Of a stretch of 13,969 nucleotides of DNA, positions 1 through 7,505 are shown in pieces. The translations under genes were made by a program, and so were the position numbers. Location: positions 1 to 13,969 of the forward strand of contig JAAFKJ010000201.1 in the NCBI GenBank assembly GCA_021399395.1. Reading direction: 5' to 3'. The notes below the pieces were generated by a model. The model had not been told where the DNA came from. It made no database searches and saw only the letters and a program-made list of their open reading frames with translations. The number at the start of each line of letters is the position of its first letter. Positions within the stretch are counted from its first letter, which is position 1. Source of the stretch: Candidatus Heimdallarchaeota archaeon. GTDB taxonomy: Archaea > Asgardarchaeota > Heimdallarchaeia > Heimdallarchaeales > Heimdallarchaeaceae.

Positions 1-146
1 TTCCTAACATAGTTTTACCTTTACTGTTCATTCCAAAAATTTTCTTGTTTTTGGGTAAGATTGAGCAATATTTCACTCAGCAGCTATAGACAGTTGAGAT
101 ATCTTTATTAGCAAATAGACATATAATGGATACTAGTTGAGGTCTA

Positions 147-1115
147 ATGCCTTTTCCTAGGACTAACATCAATCCTTTGGTAGCTGTCATAATCTATGAT
201 TTAAAGGGAAATAACATCTTTGAGCTTGAAAATGCTAAAAATGAGGTTGAAAAGACTGAGATTCACAGTTATTTCATCCATCCTATAGAATTTTATCAAT
301 GGGTTAGACGCTACAATGAGATAACTATTTTCAGAGGTAAATTCAGAGCAACCTATATTACTTTCATTGATTTAACACTTCTTTTTGTATCGAGAGTAGA
401 AAACATTGCAGCAGAAATTCGACCTATTATACTAAATTACATTACAGGATTAGGTCAGAACGTTGTAAGAAATCTAACTACTCATGAGAAGGAAGATCTG
501 CTCATTAAGACTTGTGGATATTCTTATGATCAAGATATAAATCAATTTCGTAATCAAATAGACAAAATCTATTCTAGATTAGGAATTGAGAGAATGGAAC
601 CAGAACCCCTTACACTTGATATTCCAAAAGAAGAAGAACCAGTCATTTCAAGAACTGAAACACAAGCAGAGGTATTTGAACAAAGTCGTCCATTTGAATC
701 TGTTCCGAAAATCCGAGTAAGTGAAATGACTCAGGAAATTCTAGATGAAGCTAATAAACGAGCTATTACTTCTTTATTATTTTCATCGATTAGAGGTTGT
801 GTTTCTCCATCTGCATCAGCGTATATTTACACCAAAAATGATGGGGCAATTGGAGAATTATATGCGGGGAATTTAGAGGAAAGGAAAATAGTCTATGTAC
901 TTGAGACCATCACTCAGTTTCCAAGAGTTATCTTCGAAATGATTAATTCAGACGATGAAATCAAAGCTTTGAATGCAGAAGTTGTTCAAATTATTGTGGA
1001 AGAAAGTTCAGATGGAAAGATTCTTGTTGGAATGACCACAAATGTAAATGATGTAATCAATGTAGGTTATAAATTCAAAATCATCAAACACATACTGAAT
1101 ACAATGGGTTTCTAG
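147..1115 (+). CDS. Hypothetical protein; possible N-terminal longin-like and C-terminal roadblock/profilin-like domains joined by a Pro/Glu-rich linker
   Basis: 322-aa ORF. N-terminus LVAVIIYDLKGNNIFE resembles a longin beta1-beta2 start. C-terminus (SASAYIYTKNDG, helix, IIVEESSDGKILVGMT, helix) follows a roadblock/profilin-like strand/helix order. Domain calls are pattern-based only. Confidence 0.6.
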   Translation: MPFPRTNINPLVAVIIYDLKGNNIFELENAKNEVEKTEIHSYFIHPIEFYQWVRRYNEITIFRGKFRATYITFIDLTLLFVSRVENIAAEIRPIILNYITGLGQNVVRNLTTHEKEDLLIKTCGYSYDQDINQFRNQIDKIYSRLGIERMEPEPLTLDIPKEEEPVISRTETQAEVFEQSRPFESVPKIRVSEMTQEILDEANKRAITSLLFSSIRGCVSPSASAYIYTKNDGAIGELYAGNLEERKIVYVLETITQFPRVIFEMINSDDEIKALNAEVVQIIVEESSDGKILVGMTTNVNDVINVGYKFKIIKHILNTMGF

Positions 1116-1178
1116 ATAAAAAAGTTAATCACTCCATTGGAAAAAACTTTTAGAAATCAGAATTTATAATTAGTATTA

Positions 1179-2225
1179 ATGGATGAAGGTAAACTAGATA
1201 TTGCTCTTCTTAAAGAGATTTTAAGTAAGAAGGGATACAGGAATGAAGGAATCATAAGTTCTGGTGAAGTAGGAACTGATGCAGCCTCATTAGACATCTC
1301 TTTAGCTCAAAAGAAAGCACAAGAGTTTTACGATAATTTTTCAGATACATATCTTATTGTGAAATCAGATCCAGTTACCTTCCCAACCTCAGAACCAGGC
1401 AAATATGCTGTAATTGTTAATGCAAATGATATTTCATGCACAGGAGCAATACCTTACGGTTTCTTAACCACAATCATTGCACCGCCAAACACAAGTTTTG
1501 AAGAATTAGAGCTAGTACAAAAGCAAATTCATCAACAATGTTTCGACTTGGGTATAAGTATATTGGGAGGGCACACAGAGATTTCAGATTCAGTCAAAAG
1601 GATAATTGTTTCTGGACATATGATTGGTTTTGTACCAAAAGAATACTACGTTTCAAATAAGCTATCTGTAGAAGACTCAATTATAATTGCAGGAGAGATA
1701 GGTGCAGAAGGAATAGGAATCATAATTTCTGAAGCTGCAAATCTTATTACCAATATCCTTGATGACAAGGAACTAGAGGAAGGAGGAAGGATTGGTGAAA
1801 GATTAAGCTTAACAGACATTGCCAACATTGTAAACAAAAAATTTCATCCAACTTTGATTCATGATGCGACAGAAGGAGGTTTATACGGTGCTTTAAGTGA
1901 ATTATTACTAAATAGAGACGTAGGAATTCAGCTTAATAGAGAACCAAAAATAAACCCAATCTTAAGTAAGCTCTCAAAATGGTTAGAATTCGACCCATTT
2001 CGAGTCATTTCATCTGGCTTAATGATTTTTGCAGTAAGTAAGAATATTACTCAAAGTGTTCTTGAGTTTCTAAAGGAATATCAAATCCCACGGTCCTTAA
2101 TTGGTACGGTTACATTAGAGAAGGGAATCTTAAGACTTGAAGATAAAATTCTTGAAAAACCAAAGGGTGATGAAATCATTGTAGCTCTGAAAAATCTAGA
2201 AGGGATAAAAAATGAAAGAAAGTAA
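1179..2225 (+). CDS. AIR synthase-related protein (PurM/HypE/ThiL/SelD superfamily, PurM-like1 type), function unknown
   Basis: Motifs GKL, GTDAA, KSDPVT, VNANDISCTGAIP, GGHTE, HDATEGG and ISSG are typical of this family. Confidence 0.88.
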   Translation: MDEGKLDIALLKEILSKKGYRNEGIISSGEVGTDAASLDISLAQKKAQEFYDNFSDTYLIVKSDPVTFPTSEPGKYAVIVNANDISCTGAIPYGFLTTIIAPPNTSFEELELVQKQIHQQCFDLGISILGGHTEISDSVKRIIVSGHMIGFVPKEYYVSNKLSVEDSIIIAGEIGAEGIGIIISEAANLITNILDDKELEEGGRIGERLSLTDIANIVNKKFHPTLIHDATEGGLYGALSELLLNRDVGIQLNREPKINPILSKLSKWLEFDPFRVISSGLMIFAVSKNITQSVLEFLKEYQIPRSLIGTVTLEKGILRLEDKILEKPKGDEIIVALKNLEGIKNERK

Positions 2226-2904
2226 CTTAGATGCTCAGAATTCTATTCGCGACCACGACACATGGGGAGCTGAAGCTTTTCTCTTTAAAGAACAATGGTT
2301 TGGATTTGATGTAATCAAGAAAGTAAGATCCCCCAAAAAATACAGGATTAAAGAAATTGATATTGAACTTAGAACTAGTAGAACGATAATTGAATCAAAA
2401 TTATTGATAGCAGCAAAGAAAGCAGGAATTAAGACCCCAAATATCTTTGAAATTGATCTAGAAGACACAACTATAATTATGGAAAATATCGCTGGGATTC
2501 TTGTAAAAGAATGGTTAAAAAACTGTAGTGATGCCACCAAACAGAATGAGCTCATAAAACTAATTGGTAACTATGTTGGTATTCTTCACACCAATGATAT
2601 TATTCATGGAGATTTAACTACTAGTAATATAATAAAACAAAATGACGATTTATATTTCATAGATTTCGGGCTGGGCAAGTTTTCTCAAGCAATTGAGGAT
2701 AAGGCGGTTGATATATTATTAATCAAAAAGTGTTTTACAAGCACCCACACACAATCAGATAAAGAGTTCTTTTTTGCTTTTCAAGAAGGTTATATGAAAA
2801 CTATGAATCAAGCTACAAGTATTTTTCGAAGAGCAGCCAAAGCAGAAGCAAGAGCTAGACATTTGAAAGAAGATCAAGTTATAGCCCATTATCTGGTCTC
2901 ATAA
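2212..2904 (+). CDS. bud32: KEOPS complex kinase/ATPase Bud32
   Basis: GAEA glycine loop, KVRSPKKYR, RTIIE, HGDLTTSN catalytic loop, IDFGL, EDKAVD. Start overlaps the upstream gene by 14 nt. Confidence 0.95.
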   Translation: MKESNLDAQNSIRDHDTWGAEAFLFKEQWFGFDVIKKVRSPKKYRIKEIDIELRTSRTIIESKLLIAAKKAGIKTPNIFEIDLEDTTIIMENIAGILVKEWLKNCSDATKQNELIKLIGNYVGILHTNDIIHGDLTTSNIIKQNDDLYFIDFGLGKFSQAIEDKAVDILLIKKCFTSTHTQSDKEFFFAFQEGYMKTMNQATSIFRRAAKAEARARHLKEDQVIAHYLVS

Positions 2905-4189
2905 TCGAAGGAAGTTGCAACAATTTCTGACTTGTTTCCCAAGCAGTTTGAGCGTATTTTTCTTGATTAGTCCAATTGCCTTCTATTTTCCCTTTAGAAC
3001 TCAACTTCCCTAACATCTTTCTTATCTTAGGATATACTGGCTTGAAAGGTGTATCTTCAAGTTTTGTTCCAGGTAAAGGCATGAAAACATGAGCCCTAAT
3101 TAATGTTTGTCGTTTAGTTAATTCTTCTATAACATGAATGGTTTCAAGTTCATCTTCCTCTGAAGCACTTGGAAGACCAATGATGATATCAACTACAGGA
3201 GTAAAACCGATATCTAATAGGATATTGATAGCATCTATTCCTTCTTCAACAGTATGCCCCCTGTGAATCTCTCTTAGTACATCGTTACTTCCCGATTGTA
3301 AGCCTATAGAAATTCTTGAATTTGAGATATATGGTTTAATATCTTTCATGAGTTCCTTAGAAACCGTCTCAGGACGAACTTCTCCAGGAAAAGTTCCAAA
3401 ATATAGATCCCTAATTCCATCTACCTTACGTATTGAAGAAAGAAGTTCTACAATAGCTTCTTGATTTACTACTCTTGGTTTTGAAGACATATATCCAAGA
3501 GAATTTGGAGTGATAAAGCGGATATCGTTCAATTTCTTTTCAGACATCCATTTTACGGTATCAACAATGACTTCGACCGATCTATGTCTAGTTCGATGCT
3601 CAAACAAAGTTGGTACCTGGCAGAAAGTACAACCAAAAGCACAGCCTCTTGAAAGCTCAAGAGGAGGATATAGTTTTCTGGTTTGTGACATAAACGGATA
3701 ATCATCCAAAACAATTGGGACGGGTTTTTCAGTTAGTTTATATGAATCTGCATTTTCTAGATAAGCTATACCTGGTGTTCTAAAGATGTCTTCATTCAAA
3801 ATCATTTGTTTGAGGAAAAACGGTAATGAATATTCAGCCTCGCCGATAAAAGCAAAATCAAAACCAGTTTTCAAAGTTGTTAGAGGACTACCTGAAGCAT
3901 GACTTCCACCTGCTATGAATGTGATCCGTCTTAATTCTGATGGGTGAAGTGATTTGTAGATATTTTTCAGCCTTTCGTAAATTTCAGGAAGTTTGGCTGT
4001 ACGAAATGAAAAACCTACAACTAAATGATCGTATTTATTCAGAAGAGATTTTAGAATAGATGCATCTAGTTTCTCTTCTAGGATTACATCAATTTCTTGA
4101 AGAACTTTGTCCAAGTCTAGTGTAGCTATAAGCGAGGTAAGACTGTAAAAGTTCTTTTTTGAATAATCAAACACCATTGCAAGATTCAT
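2879..4189 (-). CDS. B12-binding domain / radical SAM protein, MJ1487 (TIGR04013)-like family
   Basis: CxxxCxxC (CAFGCTFC, 3620-3643), IAGGSHAS and IGEAE B12-binding-domain motifs, RHRS, DIRFITPN, FGTFPGEVRPE, QSGS, RGHT, HVFMPLPGT. Start moved from 4225 to ATG 4189 because GGTGA precedes it and it removes the overlap with kae1. Confidence 0.88.
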   Translation of the reverse strand: MNLAMVFDYSKKNFYSLTSLIATLDLDKVLQEIDVILEEKLDASILKSLLNKYDHLVVGFSFRTAKLPEIYERLKNIYKSLHPSELRRITFIAGGSHASGSPLTTLKTGFDFAFIGEAEYSLPFFLKQMILNEDIFRTPGIAYLENADSYKLTEKPVPIVLDDYPFMSQTRKLYPPLELSRGCAFGCTFCQVPTLFEHRTRHRSVEVIVDTVKWMSEKKLNDIRFITPNSLGYMSSKPRVVNQEAIVELLSSIRKVDGIRDLYFGTFPGEVRPETVSKELMKDIKPYISNSRISIGLQSGSNDVLREIHRGHTVEEGIDAINILLDIGFTPVVDIIIGLPSASEEDELETIHVIEELTKRQTLIRAHVFMPLPGTKLEDTPFKPVYPKIRKMLGKLSSKGKIEGNWTNQEKYAQTAWETSQKLLQLPSIMRPDNGL

Positions 4190-4194
4190 CTTAA

Positions 4195-4199
4195 TCACC
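4195..4199 (-). promoter_or_regulatory. Shine-Dalgarno-like GGTGA for the radical SAM gene
   Basis: Minus strand reads TAG-TCT-GGTGA-TTAAG-ATG, between the kae1 stop and ATG 4189. Confidence 0.7.
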
Positions 4200-4202
4200 A
4201 GA

Positions 4203-5198
4203 CTATTTCCAAGAAACGGGTACATCTTCAGGTCTAAAGTGTTGATCTATTATCGTGTCCTCTATTTCCGCTTTGACACCAGAATTATGCATTAGAATTC
4301 CTAACCATGCAATCATTACACCATTATCAAGTGCAAGATTGGCATCAAGACCTTTGAATGTCGCATCATGTGAGATTGCCATTTCATTTAACATTTCTTT
4401 TAATCTTCTATTTGCTGCTACTCCTCCACAAACTAGGATTTCCTTTTTTCTTGTATGAGCTAAAGCACGTTCAGTGACTTCTACTAGCATAGAAAACACA
4501 GTTTCTTGAAGACTAAATGCCAAATCTGGTAAAGCATACTTATTGGATTGATATAGTTTTGTTGTATGGGTTAAAATACCAGAAAAGGACACATCCATTC
4601 CTTTTATAACGTAAGGGATGTCAATATATTTTGAACCTTTAAGAGCTTCATTTTCAATTACCTTACCCATTGGATCTTTCTTATCACTTAGTCCAGCATT
4701 TCTACCAAATACATCAAGACAGTTTCCCACAGGTATATCAAGTGTTTCGCCAAAAACCCTATATCTACCTTCAGAAAATGCTATAACTTGAGTATTACCT
4801 CCCGAGACATACAGAACAACGGGGTCTTTTAGTTGCCCTTCTAAACATCCTATTTCCACATGGGCTATTGGATGATTTACTGGCATCAAAGGTTTGTTCA
4901 AAGCTAAAGCTAGAGTTCTAGCTGTTATAACGCCAATTCTTAAGCATGGGCCCAATCCCGGTCCTTTGGTAAATGAAATAAGATCAATTTCATCGGGAGT
5001 TATTCCTGCCTCTTGAAATGCATCATCTATTGCTTTAGGCATGTTTGTTGAATGAAACTCGGAAGCTTCTCTAGGATGGATACCACTACCAAAAGGTGGT
5101 TTGTAGGTCATTCTGATATTTGATAGTATTTTACCATCGCTATCTATTATTCCTACTCCTAATTTGTCTGCAGAACTTTCAATTCCTAGAGAAATCAT
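4203..5198 (-). CDS. kae1: tRNA N6-adenosine threonylcarbamoyltransferase Kae1 (KEOPS)
   Basis: LGIESSAD, GIHPREA, GPGLGPCL, metal-binding NHPIAH, YVSGGNTQ, GETLDIPVGNCLD, KGMDVSFSG, GGVAAN, DNGVMIA, QHFRPE. Start moved from 5303 to ATG 5198 (MISLGIES), which removes the overlap with the divergent gene. Confidence 0.97.
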   Translation of the reverse strand: MISLGIESSADKLGVGIIDSDGKILSNIRMTYKPPFGSGIHPREASEFHSTNMPKAIDDAFQEAGITPDEIDLISFTKGPGLGPCLRIGVITARTLALALNKPLMPVNHPIAHVEIGCLEGQLKDPVVLYVSGGNTQVIAFSEGRYRVFGETLDIPVGNCLDVFGRNAGLSDKKDPMGKVIENEALKGSKYIDIPYVIKGMDVSFSGILTHTTKLYQSNKYALPDLAFSLQETVFSMLVEVTERALAHTRKKEILVCGGVAANRRLKEMLNEMAISHDATFKGLDANLALDNGVMIAWLGILMHNSGVKAEIEDTIIDQHFRPEDVPVSWK

Positions 5199-5225
5199 AG
5201 TCAACTTAAGTTTAGATATGAGGGG

Positions 5226-5244
5226 TTTATAAAATCTTTTTTCG
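5226..5244 (-). promoter_or_regulatory. Putative BRE/TATA promoter of kae1 (probably leaderless transcript)
   Basis: Minus strand CGAAAAAAGAT-TTTATAAA. The TATA element (5233-5226) ends about 28 nt upstream of ATG 5198. Confidence 0.55.
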
Positions 5245-5289
5245 AAACTAAGAATAATATTTAATATTGCAAGATAGTAATTTATACCA

Positions 5290-6216
5290 ATGTCTAATCT
5301 CATTCAACCCATTTATCCATGGAATAGATCTAAAGTTGCCATGAAAAAAAGAAACCAGGGATTAGGAAACATTATTTCGTTGAATTTTATTTTTCTATAT
5401 TACTTATTGTTTGTTTTTGTCATATCAGGGAGAGTTTATCCTGTTTTGAGACAGGCAGATGTAAACCTTCTTGGTCATGTGAGTACTCTTGTTCTCTCTC
5501 TGAGATTTCTTGTCTTTAATTGGTGGATAAGTATTATTCTATTTTTTATAATATTGGTAGTCACATTTGTTATTACTGCATTAATCACTAAAACTAGGCC
5601 AAGTCTTTTCAAAACTTATTTTGAATATCTTAGAATTGATACTAAGAGTCAATCAAAAAAAGAAGTTACTAAGACTATATTAGTAGATATTTTGGAAATA
5701 GCTGGATTATCAATTATAAGCTTTATAATTCTAGAATTGCTAACTTTCGCTATCTCGTCACTTATTATAACCATGATTCTCCCTATAACTTACAATATTA
5801 CAGAGGTTTCATTAAGTTACTTCTTTCTAACCATATTAATAGCTCATATAGTCTTTTTTCCATTACTAATCTATTTCTATAATAGAATGGTGATGAAGAA
5901 GATGGTTATCACTGAAGGTGTGGACTTCCAGAGATTCTTAACAGAAGATGGCGAAGTTGATATGGAAAAATGGAAAGAAGAATCTTGGGGCAAAAAGCCA
6001 TATACATTTGATTGGGAAGAAGAAGATGTATTTCCAATTACTTGTTTTTCTTGTGGTTCTATAATATCCAGTGATTTAACCATCTGTCCCATCTGTGAAG
6101 TTGACTTAATCAATGAAATTGAAATTATAGAAACTGAAACATTGGATGATCCTGAAATTGAAAATTCTGAAGAAGCCATTCAAGAAGATGAAGAAAGTGA
6201 TGAAAACAGTCAATAG
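5290..6216 (+). CDS. Membrane protein (about 4 TM helices) with C-terminal zinc ribbon and acidic tail
   Basis: Four long hydrophobic stretches, CFSCGS...CPICE (two CxxC pairs), Asp/Glu-rich C-terminus. TTTAATA at 5260-5266 is a possible TATA box. Confidence 0.8.
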   Translation: MSNLIQPIYPWNRSKVAMKKRNQGLGNIISLNFIFLYYLLFVFVISGRVYPVLRQADVNLLGHVSTLVLSLRFLVFNWWISIILFFIILVVTFVITALITKTRPSLFKTYFEYLRIDTKSQSKKEVTKTILVDILEIAGLSIISFIILELLTFAISSLIITMILPITYNITEVSLSYFFLTILIAHIVFFPLLIYFYNRMVMKKMVITEGVDFQRFLTEDGEVDMEKWKEESWGKKPYTFDWEEEDVFPITCFSCGSIISSDLTICPICEVDLINEIEIIETETLDDPEIENSEEAIQEDEESDENSQ

Positions 6217-6233
6217 TGCCGTACGAGATCCAT

Positions 6234-6506
6234 TTAAACAGCTGTGACTATAAATAAAGCTATCATTCCTATAATAAGTATTAACATAAAACCTGCAATT
6301 AATCCACTGCGAATACGAGTGGTTTTCAAACAGTTATTACATAGAACCATTTCTTTTTCTTCACTCTTTTTAGGTTGAAACATAGATGTTATTGCATTAG
6401 TTTGCCAGTAAGAATTAGAGCAATCATCGCAAATTGGATAACCACACCGCTCACAATCATTAGTAGCTAAGTGTCCTTTATGGAAGTAACAGAACTTTTC
6501 TGACAT
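6234..6506 (-). CDS. B-box-type zinc-finger protein with C-terminal transmembrane anchor
   Basis: CYFH-x8-CERC-x4-CDDC...CNNC, then GLIAGFMLILIIGMIALFIVTAV at the C-terminus. ATG 6506 (preceded by GTGATTAAA) is preferred over TTG 6533, which lies inside the C/D sRNA. Confidence 0.78.
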   Translation of the reverse strand: MSEKFCYFHKGHLATNDCERCGYPICDDCSNSYWQTNAITSMFQPKKSEEKEMVLCNNCLKTTRIRSGLIAGFMLILIIGMIALFIVTAV

Positions 6507-6522
6507 TTTAATCACATTTATT

Positions 6523-6577
6523 GCCTCAGCCAAAAGTCGATCATCAAGAATCAGGTCGTTGCAACTACATCATCGGC
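6523..6577 (-). ncRNA. Box C/D 2'-O-methylation guide sRNA
   Basis: Minus strand GCC-G-ATGATGT(C)-AGTTGCAACGAC-CTGA(D')-TTC-TTGATGA(C')-TCGACTTTTGG-CTGA(D)-GGC. All four boxes in order, 12- and 11-nt guides, terminal GCC/GGC stem, 55 nt, intergenic. Confidence 0.88.
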
Positions 6578-6598
6578 GATTAAAAATTATTCATACAA

Positions 6599-6605
6599 TT
6601 TTAAA
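6599..6605 (-). promoter_or_regulatory. Putative TATA box for the C/D sRNA
   Basis: TTTAAAA on the minus strand, 22-28 nt upstream of the predicted sRNA 5' end. Confidence 0.45.
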
Positions 6606-6611
6606 GAATTC

Positions 6612-7505
6612 CTATTGGGAGGAAATCATGGAAACGATTTTGTCGACCACCAGTTTTCTAACTTTACTAGTAGTGCTTTCTCCTTTAATTGTTTCAACAA
6701 GAGGTAAGTTTCTTATTTGTGTCTCATTTACCAAGTGTTCATGTATTTTTCTTATATTATCAAAATTAGCTAATAGTTCCTCTTTCTCCTTTGTATATTG
6801 TGAGCTCAAGTTTTCTCTATGAAATGCTGGATCAGGAACAGAAATTGTAATATACAAAACATTAGGTTTTGATAGAATCATCTCATCGAAAAATGCTGGT
6901 AAAAGATGTTCGCCTTCTATAACAATAGAGACATTTTCCTTTTCTGCCCTAGATAAAACAGCGTCTACCCCAAGATTAACATATTTGGAATGATAATCAA
7001 AACCTAGAATAACTTCATCAAACCTACTGCTGTATATAGGTTTTAAACTTTGAAAGGCACAATAAGATGTTGAATGTAATTCTGGAACTACTTCTTCAGA
7101 AAGAATTTTTCTCAAAATATCTCTAACAACATCAGTTCCTATCACATGCTGAATTCCAAGCTCTCCAGCTATTCTTCTTGAAAGTGTGCTTTTACCAGTG
7201 CCTATGGCTCCAGCTATAAGTATCCAAATGGGTTTTCGTAAGCCCCTCCATTCTTCAATCTTTAAGTACTGTTCAGCTAAAGTTTTGTTATAAGATGAAG
7301 CTAGATGAGAAGAAATGATATCATTTATTTTTTCTTCTGGTATTATTTCTTGATTCAGATTAATGATATCATCATATACGTCAATAAGAAACTCATAGCC
7401 TTCTGTTTGAGAAAAACCAAGCAAAGTTAATTTTTTTGCAAGAATACCTCTAGACAATAGATGTTTCGTTCTTCCTTGGATAAAAACATTAGATTCTTTT
7501 TCCAT
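6612..7505 (-). CDS. 2-phosphoglycerate kinase family P-loop protein (divergent paralogue A)
   Basis: Degenerate ATP-cone start LSRGILAKKL, Walker A GAIGTGKS, IGTDVVRDILR, PELHSTSY, IEGEHLLP, FDNIRKIH. Confidence 0.82.
   Translation of the reverse strand: MEKESNVFIQGRTKHLLSRGILAKKLTLLGFSQTEGYEFLIDVYDDIINLNQEIIPEEKINDIISSHLASSYNKTLAEQYLKIEEWRGLRKPIWILIAGAIGTGKSTLSRRIAGELGIQHVIGTDVVRDILRKILSEEVVPELHSTSYCAFQSLKPIYSSRFDEVILGFDYHSKYVNLGVDAVLSRAEKENVSIVIEGEHLLPAFFDEMILSKPNVLYITISVPDPAFHRENLSSQYTKEKEELLANFDNIRKIHEHLVNETQIRNLPLVETIKGESTTSKVRKLVVDKIVSMISSQ

Noticed and set aside
1-31. Possible start of a divergent minus-strand gene (MNSKGKTMLG...) running off the window
   Set aside because: Only 10 codons visible; cannot be supported.
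1646-1837. 63-aa minus-strand ORF
   Set aside because: Antisense shadow of the PurM-like gene; no motifs.
2235-2555. 106-aa hydrophobic minus-strand ORF
   Set aside because: Antisense shadow of bud32; hydrophobicity comes from complementing A-rich codons.
3510-3701. 63-aa plus-strand ORF
   Set aside because: Antisense to the radical SAM core.
2879-4189. Calling the radical SAM protein MtaB/MiaB methylthiotransferase because it neighbours kae1
   Set aside because: No N-terminal three-Cys UPF0004 domain or evident TRAM domain; it has B12-binding-domain motifs.
4190-4225. N-terminal extension of the radical SAM ORF (start 4225)
   Set aside because: Overlaps the kae1 end; ATG 4189 has a clear SD and matches the family start.
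4255-4458. 67-aa plus-strand ORF
   Set aside because: Antisense shadow of kae1.
5199-5303. 35-aa signal-like N-terminal extension of Kae1
   Set aside because: Spans the divergent promoter region and overlaps the next gene; Kae1 homology begins at MISLGIES.
5877-6179. 100-aa Ser-rich minus-strand ORF
   Set aside because: Antisense of the Glu/Asp-rich tail of the zinc-ribbon protein.
6197-6250. GTGATGA box C match suggesting a second C/D sRNA
   Set aside because: Encodes Ser-Asp-Glu in an acidic tail; no D', C' or D boxes at proper spacing.
6559-6822. 87-aa plus-strand ORF with TTG start
   Set aside because: Antisense to the C/D sRNA and 2PGK paralogue A.
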